From assembly GCA_002633005.1 (NCBI GenBank), contig NMRA01000024.1:124001-188000 (forward strand): 64,000 nt of DNA, read 5' to 3'. The stretch's first letter is position 1. Each line of letters starts with the position of its first letter. The notes under the pieces were generated by a model. The model did not search any database. It had not been told where the DNA came from and was given only the letters and a program-made list of their open reading frames with translations. Source of the DNA: Phoronis australis. Taxonomy: Eukaryota > Animalia > Phoronida. The translations under genes and the position numbers were made by a program. Of this stretch, positions 13,401-26,900 are shown in pieces.

Positions 13401-16400
13401 AATATTGTCCTTTCTAAGAATTAATTGTCTTCTTTGTAATCCAGGCATGGACCGATGCGATGAAAACCAAAGATGAGACATTGAAGTCCTCGACATCACG
13501 GGGCCCTGACATAGATGAAAGTGGTCTCCCTCCTGTACGAGCTGCTGGGTCTTCTGTGCCAGTGTCAAAGGTACAGATTTTGCTTCATTTTTGTTTGCTG
13601 TATTTGCCCCCTACTACAGCCATGTGTGCCGTGGTTCGTGTTTGTTGTGCAGTTTTGAATCACGTTTTTTCACTGGGCTGGTGAGCTGGCATTTTTCTCA
13701 TGAAGTCCGTAGAAATGCTGGTTCAAGGGTACCAGACAATCGTTCACACTAGCCTCTTAGCACCCAATATGAACCTGCCACTAAATCATGCGCATGAACC
13801 ACTAAATCATACGCGAATCACTAAATCATACGCGAATCACTGAGTCATCTGTACAGGTGACTACGTCATTCCCACAAACCTCTGAATCATTTGCACGAAT
13901 CACTGCATCATACATACTTACCACAATGTCGTACGCGTGGTCATAAATTGTGTGTACAAACCCCTAAACTCACACAGTCATGTGAATTTCTAACTTTTCG
14001 GCACATTCATAAAAATCCAGTTGTCTTCAATATTGGTTTTGAATACTGGTGATAAATTGAAGTTAGTTTGTGCAGATGCTGTTAGTTTGTTTTATGGTTC
14101 CTTGGGATAAGTGAAGGTTTATTGTGTGATTTTCTAGTTAATTCCCTTGTGATAATACTTGGCATAATGGGAAATTGTTAATTGTGTTAGTTGTTTTTGT
14201 GGTGGTCACTGATGTTATTCAATTTATTGGCAGACATCCAAAAATACGAAAAAGAACAAGCGTGTCAAACCTCGAGATTACAGAGAATGGGACAAGTATG
14301 TACTATTTATCTTCATTAATTTAAGAATTTGCTTAATCAGACGAGTCTTTTTCCTTTAATCTTTTTAATGGGTTTTAAGTGCTTCAAGCAGAGTCTAACG
14401 TCGCAGCATTGTAAAAAAAGATTCCCTATGAATTGACAACTAACCATTTTCATGTGTGCAACTGGAAACTGCCGCGTGCTCTGTCCATACTCAGTGAGGA
14501 TAGTAGATAGAGATTTTGAGTGCATATTTTTTCTAAACGAAACTTTTATCATGCAGTATGCCATAACAAATCCGAGGCATACAGTCATAGTTTGGTGTTC
14601 TGAAGTACTTCCATGCATTCATTCAAGAACGGGCTTCATGACATTGCACTGAACTATTGCAGTCAACATGTCTCTGAATTTTACAAAAAAGTGACAATTG
14701 TATTCTTTCTCATTGGTGCGCTATACCACAGGCACATTTTTATAATCCTGGTTTTTTGTCAATTACAAATTATACAGCGCACTTGACAAAATATGGGTGA
14801 CTCTGGGTACCGATGCATTGTCCACTTTGCTGGGCATCTGGCCACCCCCGGGTCCTCCAGACCACTGGAGGCTTCCTCGTTATTACCAAGCTTCACAGTA
14901 CTCATAAAAATGGTGTAGCCGTTCTAAAAATGAGTAATGAAAATATAACATGAGGAACAATATGTTGCTTGTTCGACAAACATTTTGATGATTGTTTGGT
15001 ATTTTGTTTAGAGTTGATGTTGAGGCTGAACTTGAAAAGGTTGATAAGACTGAGACTGCCTCAACCATCTCTACAAAGACAAGTGGTGGCGAGCCGGCGC
15101 AAGTTACAAAAGAAGAGATTAAAGGTATGGACCCACTTTTGCTTCTTGTTGAATCATATTCCGTGGCAAGTTCATAGTGAACTTGTCTGGCCATTTTGAA
15201 ACATCCAGATATGAGGGTAGATTGGTTATTATCTGTTGCCGAAGGCAAAACGGATAATGGTAAAATCTCACCAATTTGGGATGAAATTAATTGCCAAAAT
15301 TGCTCTTCCTTCAGGCTTCTAACATTGTTTTGAATGCCGACAACACACACACAAATGGTTACAAAATTCCATTAGTTTGATAATTTAATTATTTATTAAA
15401 CAGGATTGACAGAGGAGGAAAGGATGATGCATGCCGAGAGAGAGAAGGATAAAGGAAATGAAGAGTTCAGGTCTGGTGACTACAAACAGGCCCTGGCCTA
15501 CTACAACAGGAGCCTAGCCTATCAACCCGTGCTCAACTCATACAACAACAGGGCTCTTGCCTGTAAGTTGAAGCTTGATTATAGTACTTCAGCAACTGAG
15601 TGATGCTCGCGTCATTAAAAGAGGTAGTTTTTGAAAGTTTTTGAAGTTTGAAATTAGTGAGGGGTTTTTCTTTGATTGCAGTGGCTATTGAGTAATGTAG
15701 CCAATCGCTTGATAATTCATTCTGACTTTTTACTGTAGTTTACGCAAGTTAGGAAATGAAAAAAAAACATTGAGTAGCTTGAAATACGCTAGATGGCACA
15801 GGTGACGCAACAGCCCTGCCTGAAAAATGCTGGCTTTTGACAACCAGTGGTGTGAGACCCTCACCCAATGAACATCCCACTTTATGTTCTAAGTGTTTTC
15901 AAATAATAATAGGTGGCCTGTGTCTTGGTCAGCACCACCAAGTGAAGTGAATATTGAATCGTCGATTGTCCCGCACGTGTCTTTAATTCAGTAAGCGGAA
16001 CTCAAGAAAATGCCGTAACTCATTTCATCTTCGTAGGTGAGACACTGTAGTCTGTAACATCTAGTTTTGCACTATTAGCGTCTAAATCTCAATGACGGGC
16101 GAGTCTACACGTAGTCATTCTTCTGTATTCTTTCTTTATCTCCAGACGTCAAATTAAAACTGTGGGACAAGGCCATCGCTGACTGTAATACTGTGTTGGG
16201 GATGGAGTCGAACAATATTAAAGGTACTGTAGTCTTATGAATCATTTAATTATGGTTGAATGCACGAATGTGTGGATGTGAACGCAAAAAATCCTATTTG
16301 CTGTGCTCTGGTCTCTTGCTGTCATAGTAAGGTTATCACCATGAAAACAGTGTCTTAGAATACACACTGTGTCATGTAGTGATTATGCGTAACGTGTGCA

Positions 16401-19400
16401 GCTGCTCTCTGTAAAGAATTGTCAATACAATCCAGTACTGCTATTGTTCAACGCGATATTTTAAAGATATTTTTATTGGTACTCCAAAAAGGTGGGCGTA
16501 GAAATCAATTTGTCTGAAAGTTGATGAAAGTCTTTTTCACATATCTGGGATACTCAATGTTCTCAAAACGGTCTGAATAGCAGTTCCAAAGCCAATTTAA
16601 ATTTTTGTAAACTGTTGATTAAAATACTTCGTGTAGCATACTTTGCCTAATTTTTATAACAAAGCAAGTACTTTTGGTATGGATATCCTGGCATATACAA
16701 TACATAGATGAAGTGGCATTTAAGTACGATTTTCAGCCCTTTTGAAATGCAAAGAGGAGACTGAATTATTTATAAGTTACAGGTGACCAGCCATTAGTTC
16801 TGTATTCAATTAGTTGATTTTTGACAACGCCCAGTGCTATTTAACCTACACAGATTCAGATTGGGCATATGTAAATAGTTGATGCCTGGTATTTGACCTC
16901 TGAAAAGTCATCCAAAAATTGAAAACTTTTTCAGGAGTGTAAAAATGCATACAATATTAAAATCTGTGTATGGTCGTCTAATTTACAATTTTTTACTTGC
17001 CCGAGTTCTGCTTAGAAAATGGCAGACAATTACGATGACATGTTCACCTATTTCTGTTGCAGTGGTTACGTACATGGTGTAAACTTTTAAGCACTTTTGG
17101 CTTAACATAATTGTTATTTTACTCCATTGTTTTAAACATCATAAAGGGCCAAATGAGTGGAAATTTAATTACTTAATAGGTGCAATTTTGCAAAATCAGC
17201 ATGTTCGCTTTGGTGTTCATAGTCTAATACTTTTAAGGATTTTGGACTAAAAATTTTCAGTCTCATGCATAATTACCGAGACAGTGTAAAACTTGTTTGA
17301 ACACTTGTCGCCAACCTAAACGTGTTCAATTAAATAATAAAGGAAGATAATGACCCCTACATCCTTGGTAGTCAGTTATTCCCTGAGGAAAGGGCTTCCC
17401 ACTGAGCCCACATTCAACACGGCATCTGCTGGCACTGTTATTTACCAGCAAGTATGATCTTCACTCAATGTAATTAGCACGTGTTCACACATTCATCATC
17501 ATTGATTGACCATTTTGTTGAGAAGGAAGCCAGCAGGTGTGCACGTAAGGTCACTTGTCCTTATTAAACTTTGCTACTTTTTTGCCTCATGCCAGCACTG
17601 CTCCGTCGTGCTCTCTCATACAAGGGGAAGTTTCTGTACACGGAGTCTGAGGCCGACCTGAAGTGTGTGTTGGGATTGGAACCACACAATAAGCGGGCCA
17701 AGGTGAGTGTTCCTTGACTGTTTAAAGGAGGAAGCCAGCGTCTTGATGTTCTTTGTCATGTGAATATTCATGTCCATGATACCTGTCTTATCTCAAGAGT
17801 AAATTATGCTCCCTGGTCCTAAATATTTAATATTAATTAATTACAGTATTTGAAAAAAGTGAATGAAATTTCTTTGCATCAAAATTTGGTGAAACATTAA
17901 CTCAAGAATGTCTGGCTATTCTTTTTCATCTGTTCTTTCTACAATTTCATCATAAATTTGATTAAACCGGTCAAATTTTGATGATTATTTAACTGCTGTA
18001 TGCGCAATATTCTGGAACTGGTGTAGTACCTGCCCTCTACTCCAGTAGCAGATTTACGGGGTTCAGGGAGTTGAAATCCCTCAAAACAAATGACCAAAAA
18101 ACACCAGTGCCACAAAAGGATAATGTCAGTGTGAGTAAACCTCCCATCAACAAAATTGTAGATCCATCGCTTCACTTTATTTCTATAAACGGGTTTCTGT
18201 TGTGAGTAGACTTGACTGATGAATCTGCTTTAGACTGGAAATCGATTAAGTGCTAATTTGCAACACTTTATTGATTATTAATAAGGTTATGGATTACTTA
18301 GGAACACCATGTCTCAGAAATTTTGGACTTAATTTCGTTATTCCAGTGTCAGATCTTACATGTTTTGTAGTTTTGGAAAATATATAGGATGGTTTTATGA
18401 GACCAAGTCTATATAATCTTTGTGCATATTATTAAGCTTGCTGATAAAGATTCATTGACTTTGAGTCTGAGGTCAGTGACTGATTCTACTTTCTATAGAC
18501 CAATGTCACACCAGTTTGGAGTTTCTAAAAATGTCTCAGGTCACAGGATTGTTTTATCAAATAAAGTACTGTCATTAATCAACTCTCAAAGAAATTGTTT
18601 TGTGTATGATAGACAAGTTTGGTGACGTTATAATTTTTCAAATAATTTGGGCGAAACACATATTGCTCAGGGTTTGGAATTTTCCTCTTTTAAGAAGATT
18701 TCCTCTTTCTTGGCTTCGATATCCTGTTATTTGATTTCCAGTTTCCTTTTTTTGTCTCTTGTAGTCATTATTTTTAACTTTATTCATGCAAAGAAGCGTA
18801 CTTCTGTAAAATATTACAACACAAAAATTGTTTCTATCACGCAAGCCTACTTATTTGTAGAACGATGCATCACCTGGAAATTTTTCTTTTTAGTCTTTTT
18901 TGTCATTGGTCATTCCAAGCCCTGCTTGTTGGTTCTGTAGGCATATACTCACTGAATGCTCAGCTAATAGTTAATCGAATGACTTGAAAAAGCTCTTCAT
19001 AGTGATGGTGCTCCAGTGGATGTTGTTACAGCTAACTGCGTTCAACGGCAAACATTATACCAAGCAATAACAAAATGTCAGTTTGTTGGAAGTCCTGAAA
19101 TCACCTCCACTTTGACAGAGGAACAATTTGAGACCACAATCGTAATGGCATGAGGTCTAAATCAAACAATTTTTTGTGATGGAAGGTCGGTTTATAGCTG
19201 CTTTCAACCATAAAAGTTTTAAAAAAGGAATTTCATTTGACCTTAATAGCTTTAATTCTTTTTGTATCTGAAATTGGAAGAGAGCATCTGAGACAGCCGA
19301 AGAACACTTTCTAATTTGGTCACGGTTAATTTCATTCCCCTCACGTTTCTGATCTGTGTGGTTTCCACAGGATTTGTTGGATGAGGTTGTCAAGGAGAGG

Positions 19401-22400
19401 ATGAAGACTCAGCAGGAGGTCCAGTCTACCAAGGCGCCTCCTAGTGGTCAAGGTAAACGTATGGTGATCGAAGAAACAGACGGGAGTAGTTCGGAATCTG
19501 AGGAAGGTACGTGCGATAGAGAATGCAGTCAAATGTTATTTTGTCCCATTTAATAACAACAAATGAAGAGTATCTTTCTGTTGAGTATAGATAAAATTTT
19601 GGAGCCACGTTTCTTGCTAAATTTCCAATAATTAACTATAATTCTTCCTTGCCATTTAACAAATTAGACAACTTCACAGAGGTTTATCAACATGAAAACT
19701 ATACATTGTATGTTAATAAGTGTTTTTTACTTTTTATTTTGTTTACATTTTTTATGTTGTACAGAGTCAAAACCACCTGGTGGCAAGCCATCAGAAACGT
19801 CTAAACCAAACATCGCAGCAAAGGGCCAAGACAAAGCTGATGCATTAACAGCTTCAACAGGACAAAAAGGCAAAGATGGCAGCACACCTGTGGATAAGAC
19901 AATCGATTTAAAGTCAAGTTTGTTGCTGAACGGCGGATTGCCCGAGGATGACAACAATAAAATCAATCCCAACATTACTATGGATGTGAATAAATCAAAA
20001 AATCCCAAGGGAAAGGTGCTCATTGAGGAGATCTCTACAGAAAGTAGCACTCCGTCACAGAATGGCTTGGAGACTATACCCAGCTCGGAAACTGTTGGGA
20101 AACATAATGGACCCATTTCGGTAGCGAGTGAAAAAGACGTTGTTGAAGTGCCTCAAAAGAGGGCGGAATTGTTGCAGAAACAGTTGCCCCCTGCTGTGGA
20201 CAAGCTCAAGGCAGCAGGCACGGAGCTTTTCAAGACGGGGCAGTACGGCGACGCCCTACAAAAATACACACAGGCGTTAAGCAAACTGTCGTCAGGTAAG
20301 CGTGCTGGTGAACTGATGCAGTCTGAAGTCATGTCCAGTTGAAAGCAGAGCTCTGTCTTGTAATGTGGCCTGGTTTTGATTATGGAGCAGAGTACAGTGT
20401 TTTAAAAATGTCTTCCTCAATTGTGTTCTGCGTGTGCGACTTATTTTCTAAATGGATACATTTCATCTTGCGTAGTTCCAAAAATTCAAACGACAAGTTT
20501 TAAATGAGAATGTTAACTTTTTCTAGAACATCAAATCAATTATCATGGTACTTGCGATGAAAGGTAAGTTTGTAGCTGGCCCATTTAATTGTAGCTGCAT
20601 TTTAACAAATGGCTGCCTCAAGTTTGACTATTCTGAGATTTTAGATGAACAAAACATCCTGGTGGGAATCTTTACTGGTAATCTGGTTGATCACTTTTGA
20701 TTAAATCAGCATTACACATAGATTTTCTGTTTTTTCATACCTGTTTATTATGTGGAGACAACCATTGGTATTATTTTACAGATGACGTGGTCAATCTCTC
20801 GCTTCTCCACAGTAACATAGCGGCATGCAAGAGTAAGATCGGTGATTGTAGGGGTTGTATAGAGGCTAGCACGAGATCCCTGGAACTGGTGCCGCACGCC
20901 ATTAAACCCCTGCTACGGAGAGCAGATGCGTATGAGCACTTGGAAAAGTAAGTGCGGCTCAGAACTTGACAATGTCTGTAACATTGTTGCAGTAATCTCC
21001 ATCTTCCCTTGAGCACAAAAATAATTGCCAAAGCAGTAATTGTAATTTTCTTTTTGGGATTTGGTTAAAAGGTTTACTTAAAATATTCACATCAGTTTTT
21101 GTTTTTAATGGTAGTTATAGACAACAAGGGAATTTAAGGGAAAATTCCATTTTTCCACTATAATACTAAATTCATGCGCATTTTCTGTTGTATCCAATAA
21201 GCAACCCTGATATTTTGTGTTCTGACCTAAATTTGACTATCCTCCTTTCTCTGTTTCTAACCATAATGGAAAAGATTTCTAACCAGCAATGTAAATCAAC
21301 TAAGTTAAAAATTCTTGAAAAAACTTGTTGGACCAGTCGCCTTTTTCTAATTTGAATTCCTGGCTTGGAAAACCTTGTCTCTTAATAGGTAACCATTGCT
21401 GTGAAGGCTAGAAAAAGATGGCCAGTACTGTAATATTATTCAAGCTGATTACCTTCAGTGAATGCCCTCTAATCAAAACTTGTTTCCTTACTGAATGGTG
21501 AGCAAAATAAACATATTCTGTTACCTGTTTGTGCGCCAATGTAGTTCGGGTTGTTCACTCATTTGCATTAAAATTAAGACGTCTGCCACATTTTAGCAAG
21601 GTTACGGGAATGCAAGAACATGACCTTGTTTGAATTTTGTCCAGAGAGAACCCTGCGCTATATCAGTTTAATAATCTCGAAGTGAAATACAAGACATTTC
21701 AGTGAATTGTGCTTTAACCTTATGGTTAAATTTTCAGGTATGACAAAGCTTATGCAGATTACAGACATATACTGAACATGGACAGTTCAGTGGAGAACGC
21801 TCAGAGGGGCTCTACAAGGTACCATGTGTTTTCTTGTTGTGTTGTGAGATACTGTAATTAAAATTGATTCTTTTGTGGGGTGTGTTCAGTATTTCATTTG
21901 TCAAACTCTGTTATGCTGTTGTTTTCTTCGAACTTTTGCCAGACTAACAAATAATGAAAGCAGTAGGTAGTCTTCATCATTTTTTGCAAGTATTGATTAC
22001 TTCAGTTTTAATTGATACGTTGCATTTTAATGTAGACTTGGGGTGGTTGTTTCAGAGAGCAAATTCAATAGTACATATTAATATGATGTTTGGACTTCTG
22101 GTTTCACATTGCATTCTTGACTTGTTTGGAATTGCCTCACCTATGCAAAACATTGCCTCATTTTGCAGATGTTCCAAGGAGCTGCGCAACGTCAACGGAA
22201 TCCAGTGGCGGGACCTTCTTCCTCCAATCCCCAACCCATCCCTCGTCGATATTCCATTGGTCACCATGTTAAATACTAGCCAGCCAATCAGCTCTCAGCC
22301 GCCTCCACAACAAGAGCCCACTCCTCCCGTAAAATCTACAGAAGAACAGTTTGATGAGTTTAAAACACAAGGGAATGAGCTGGTTAAGAAGGTTAGAGGT

Positions 22401-25400
22401 CGCTAATGACTATACTTGATGTCCAATCATTTTCTTGTTTCTTGTAGGTAAATGTAACAGAGCACCCACATGTGAATTAATGCGTTTTATAGATTATTTT
22501 GCACTCGTGTGTGGAGATTCATTTTCTAGTGTAGGCAGGCTTCTTTTGCATAGATGCGTGCCTGAATTTTGGTGTGTGTTTTGTTTCTTAAACTAGCGCT
22601 CTTCCTAGCAACGTCCTATTTTTACTGTTGACACTTAGTCAGCAAATGTAGAAACTTTGAAATAGCCGAATAAACTGGGGAATAGTAATTTGCCAAAGCA
22701 TGGTGGCATAGCGCATCACACAGCGTGTGACATGGAAGACAACTATGTGAATACTTAAGAAAACAATGGTTGGGCATGACAGAGAAAAAACCAAATTATC
22801 CTCGACGATTTTGGAAAACATGTCATTTCTAGAAAACTGGCTTGTCCATTGATTGCACCGTACACAACTGGTGTGATGTCACGGAATTGAAATAACAACC
22901 ATTGTCAACTTTTCTCATTTCTAGAGCAACTTCAGGGAAGCAGTGGCCAAATACGACGAGTGTATACGATTGTGTCCAGACAATGCCATCCCCTACACCA
23001 ATAGAGCCCTGTGTCATCTGCGCCTTAACAAGGTATTTCCTCCATGGTCGTAGTTGATTGTATGTTTCTTTTAGCTTTTCTTGCTCCTATTCTTAAAAAG
23101 GTGCATGAAGAGTCGGTTAATTTAAAAATGTTGTACTCGGTGGAAATTAGAAAATTTGAGTGTTTTGTTTAATCATGAAATGCAATTTGTAAGATCAAGT
23201 GTGATTTGATATGATGTATCTTAAATTTCAGTGATGTGTTTTAGTCCCAAGTTATGCAGAGAAACTGACATGTTGAAAATTTACCAAGAAAATTGTTAGA
23301 ACACTGGTCTGAACACTTAAACTGCATGGCTGGGAAGACAGAGTAAGTCAAATGAGTGACATTTCGATGCTTATTGCCTCATAGTTTTACAAAATTGACA
23401 AAATTTTTGTGCTCTTCATACTCCAAAGTTTCTTTGCTCGTGGAATTTGTCCTAAAAATCAAATACGGGAAGTGACTCCCTTGTAGCCCTGCTGTTTGCA
23501 GTGAGAAGGCTCTGTCTGCTTTTGTTTCCAAGCTTAAATATACAACATTGGATCCCTTATTCCATGAGGGTTGCTTACTTTTTCAAACATCAGATTTAAT
23601 TCTTTATTCACAGCCAACACAAGCACGAGATGACTGCAACAGAGCCTTGAAGCTGGACACTAACAATGTGAAGGCCCTGTTTAGACGAGCGCAGGCATAT
23701 AAGGTCAGAGATGAAAGCCTTGTTAATTTGTGATGTCGGTTCAGATGTGCATTAATTGTATCACGACGTTGCGCTAACCTTCTCTCCTGGATAATGAATA
23801 ATTGACCTTAGGTGATCCCTACAGCATCTGAATCTGATTTACCAAGTAAAGACAGCACCCTTGTCACGCGAACAAATTAACACTGTCTCTGAAATACCTT
23901 TAAGTTACTGAATCCTTGATTTATTTAGAGCTGATACTAGGCAAGGTTTCTGAGTTTTTTCAAAGGTTTCCTATTGTTCCCGGACACACCTTGGGGTAAT
24001 TGACCGTTGCCTGAGACACGTTGAGGTCATTGACCTTCGATTGTCAATGCTGCGAACTTTTCTGGGGTCAGGGGTAAAATTTTCTGCTGTTCTTGAAAGC
24101 AAGGATGCGAATTTGGGTATCTCTCGTTCTCCGATCAAGGATCATGATTTGTTAACTTGTTATTTGCACAGTTTTCTGCTTCCCTGATATGAATTCTTGA
24201 AAACGAATCAACTTTGTACCACCAAATTAATAAAACTGTGTACACAAGTTATGTTAAGATTAATCTTGCTCAAGATGTGGTTTAGCTGAGAGAAAAGGTA
24301 TACCATAAATTTCATAGCACTCCAAAGTAGTAACGCACCTTAATAAAACATGGTTAGTGTAATGATTGATAAAAAGTGACTTTTTGGAGTCTAGCTGGCT
24401 TGGTTGACATAGCAATGGGGCATTAATGTGAGGCTGTTGAGATTAGGTGGAGAAATCTTCCCTTAACAGGAATGGAGGAAATGACCTGCCTGCTATTTAC
24501 ATCATTTTAGTTTCTCGTGGTGGCCAATAGGTGTCTCACCTGGCTACCACATTAGGGGATTGGCGGAAGTTTTTCAATCATTCAACACTGGAGAAGGGCA
24601 CGAAAGCTATGTTGACCAAGCCAACTATGTAGCCTCTGAAAAGGTAAACCTTCCAACACTCATGTTGAATTGTGTGTTTTCCTGGGCTGTTGTCAGTTGA
24701 ACCTAAACTCATTTTGTTGTCGTTTTACTTCTACAATCATTCATTTTATGTACACTTCGCTATTAGAATTTTTAACCACCACACTAAATACATACAGTTT
24801 ACTATTTTTAGTCAGGCTCATAATTTGTTTGTTGATTGTGGTATCTATTTGATAGGTAAACAGTCTTCCAACATCTTGTCGAAGCAGTTAGATGAGAAAA
24901 ATTCCGTTTTCACCTTTCCGCTATGTAGAGCCATTTCCATAAAGCCAACAGTGAATTTGGATACTTTTGCCTTCAGTCATCTGAACTGTGTGCTTCACAA
25001 CAATACATGCTGAACTATAATGGTGTTCTGTTACAGATGTTGAAAAAATACCAAGATAGCTTTGCTGATCTCAGAACTCTCCTGAAGCTGGAGCCTAAAA
25101 ATGGTGCAGCCAAGAAAGAAATGGAGCTCGTCCTGAAGTACATTTCACAAGTGGGTGCTATAAAGAGTTGTGTCCAAAACGTTTTAGGCAAAAAAATTTG
25201 CTTTTGATTTAAACTGCTTACGCTTATGAAAATGGTTGGTAACAAATTGTTCCGTTCTTTGATTAGAATTTATTTCTTGGCTTTAGAATTGATAGTTTGT
25301 GGGTGCTTGAAACAAGCTGAACTGACCCAGTGGGTTATTTTATGTAGTAAGCATGGCCTTAAAGATGTATTTGCACGCTCCTAATTATGTTAATGTATAG

Positions 25401-26062
25401 CAAGAACTAAACGGCAATGCTCAACAAAGTGCAGTTGTATTCATTCAGAATTTGCGTGACAACAAAAAGTTCTGCACGAATGACGTACCTCGGGGGCTCA
25501 CATAGGCCGCATCATGCTGTGTATCCCCAACACATCATGATACTTGCTGGACATGGTCAAGTGACTTACGGTGGATGATTTTTGACACAAAGCTTACTCT
25601 TAAAAACATTTGGCAATTTCAACCTTCTTTGTGTTCACATTTTCATTAAATGTTGTGTTTATAACTAATCCGACCAAACAATCATAGAAATAAAGAGTTA
25701 GCGTGCAAGTTCCACTTTAAGTAGTAATAAATTGTTGGTTCTTCTCAAGAATAGGTTTAGCCAATACATGCTAAGCTCAAACAGAGCTGAATACCTGTCA
25801 AAGTGCACATTAACTATTAACCACCACACATCAATATTACAATCACACGATGGAATTTATCTGCAAGAATGATACGGCAGCTATATCTGCATGGAAATCA
25901 ACCCTTTCAAGAAATCTTATTCGACATTTTATTGTTCACTTGTCACTTTGCCTATTATGTGTCTTACAGGAAAATGAGAAGGCAAAAAAGTCCAAGATGT
26001 CCAGTAACCGCAAACATCGAGTAAATATCAAGGAAGTTGGGAGCTCTGATGAAGACGACTAG
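10444..26062 (+). CDS. SPAG1: Sperm-associated antigen 1 (TPR co-chaperone, axonemal dynein assembly factor), 18 coding exons, 829 aa
   Basis: Exons 10444-10586, 11513-11587, 12141-12225, 13445-13570, 14234-14295, 15012-15124, 15404-15562, 16146-16223, 17596-17702, 19371-19506, 19765-20295, 20782-20947, 21738-21818, 22169-22391, 22925-23032, 23614-23703, 25037-25150, 25970-26062; total 2490 nt in frame, all GT-AG. SPAG1 hallmarks: IPIDHLDYGYIEKCSDIKELEKILKILRSGEEG, LPPVR, PRDYREWDK, GKRMVIEE, and three TPR domains (EKDKGNEEF, LKAAGTELF, FKTQGNELV). Confidence 0.95.
13777..13975. repeat. Degenerate 19-21-bp tandem repeat in a SPAG1 intron
   Basis: ccactaaatcatacgcgaat-like units decaying to the right. 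Confidence 0.7.
25363..25716. mobile_element. Degenerate TTAA-target MITE in the last SPAG1 intron
   Basis: TTAA flanks; imperfect TIRs AGATGTATTTGCACGCT / AGTGGAACTTGCACGCT. Confidence 0.55.
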
Positions 26063-26599
26063 GAAATTTTGCTCTGATCTCTGTGCGTGATGATCAGGCT
26101 TCTTTCAATGTGACGTTCATCTGGCTTGAAAACTTTTCAAACTTGCTATTAGACTGAAGCAGATTTCATAGCCATCGTAAGCAAAAGAGGGGTTATGATG
26201 AGTCCTTTTCATTAGCAGTGGTAAATGTTTTTTAATTCAGTGCAACTCGGCGAACAGCTTTCAGCATTTGATATTTCACCGTGGACAAAACTTAGGTATA
26301 ATACGCCCGCCCTGAATTGGAACTCTCCTCTTTCACAGAGGTAGAAAAAATCCATTGCATGGCAGACCAACTGTCCAAAAAGTCTGACACTCTTCAGTTG
26401 ATTGTCATGGGAAGAACAATACATTGCGCATCCAGTACTGATATTTGATCTTTTCACCCATTTTTGGTGCCAGCATTGCAGCTGAAATGCAGTGATACAG
26501 GTTTGCCTGCATTACACTGATAAATTACATAATAATTAGGATGTGGTTAGTACATTTGCTTGTGAAGAAGCAGGACAAGTGCGTGTCATTTGGGTTGAA

Positions 26600-26900
26600 T
26601 TGTGGGTAAACACCTCAAAATGAGAGTGGTGCTGTACAATTTCAGGATGGGCCTATTGCAATCTCCAGTACTGTACTGTTCATTATACCTCTTCTGTGTA
26701 CCACAGATAAAGGTATACTCTAAGGCTTAACTTTCAGGCAATTGTAATTTGTTATATACATGACAGACCAGCGTGGAAGCTGACAAGCAACTTGTTGTAT
26801 AAATAGATTAAGCTATTATAACTCCTTTGATGCCATCATTCCCAGATGGTCAGCTGGTCAGGGGATGGGAACTAAAATGTGGTGGGACCCACTTATTTCT
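26600..26900. repeat. Dispersed repeat, second copy at about 41095-41412
   Basis: aatgagRgtggtg..caatttcaggaYgggcctattgc..tatactc..cttaactttca..tgtaattt..aaaatg.ggtggga is shared. Confidence 0.75.

Noticed and set aside
19727-20116. 129-aa minus-strand ORF
   Set aside because: Antisense shadow of SPAG1 exon 11. The same applies to 14883-15350 and, for the TLDc exon, 51536-51922.
26060-26077. Stop-codon readthrough restoring the SPAG1 C-terminus
   Set aside because: A second in-frame stop (TGA) follows after four codons.
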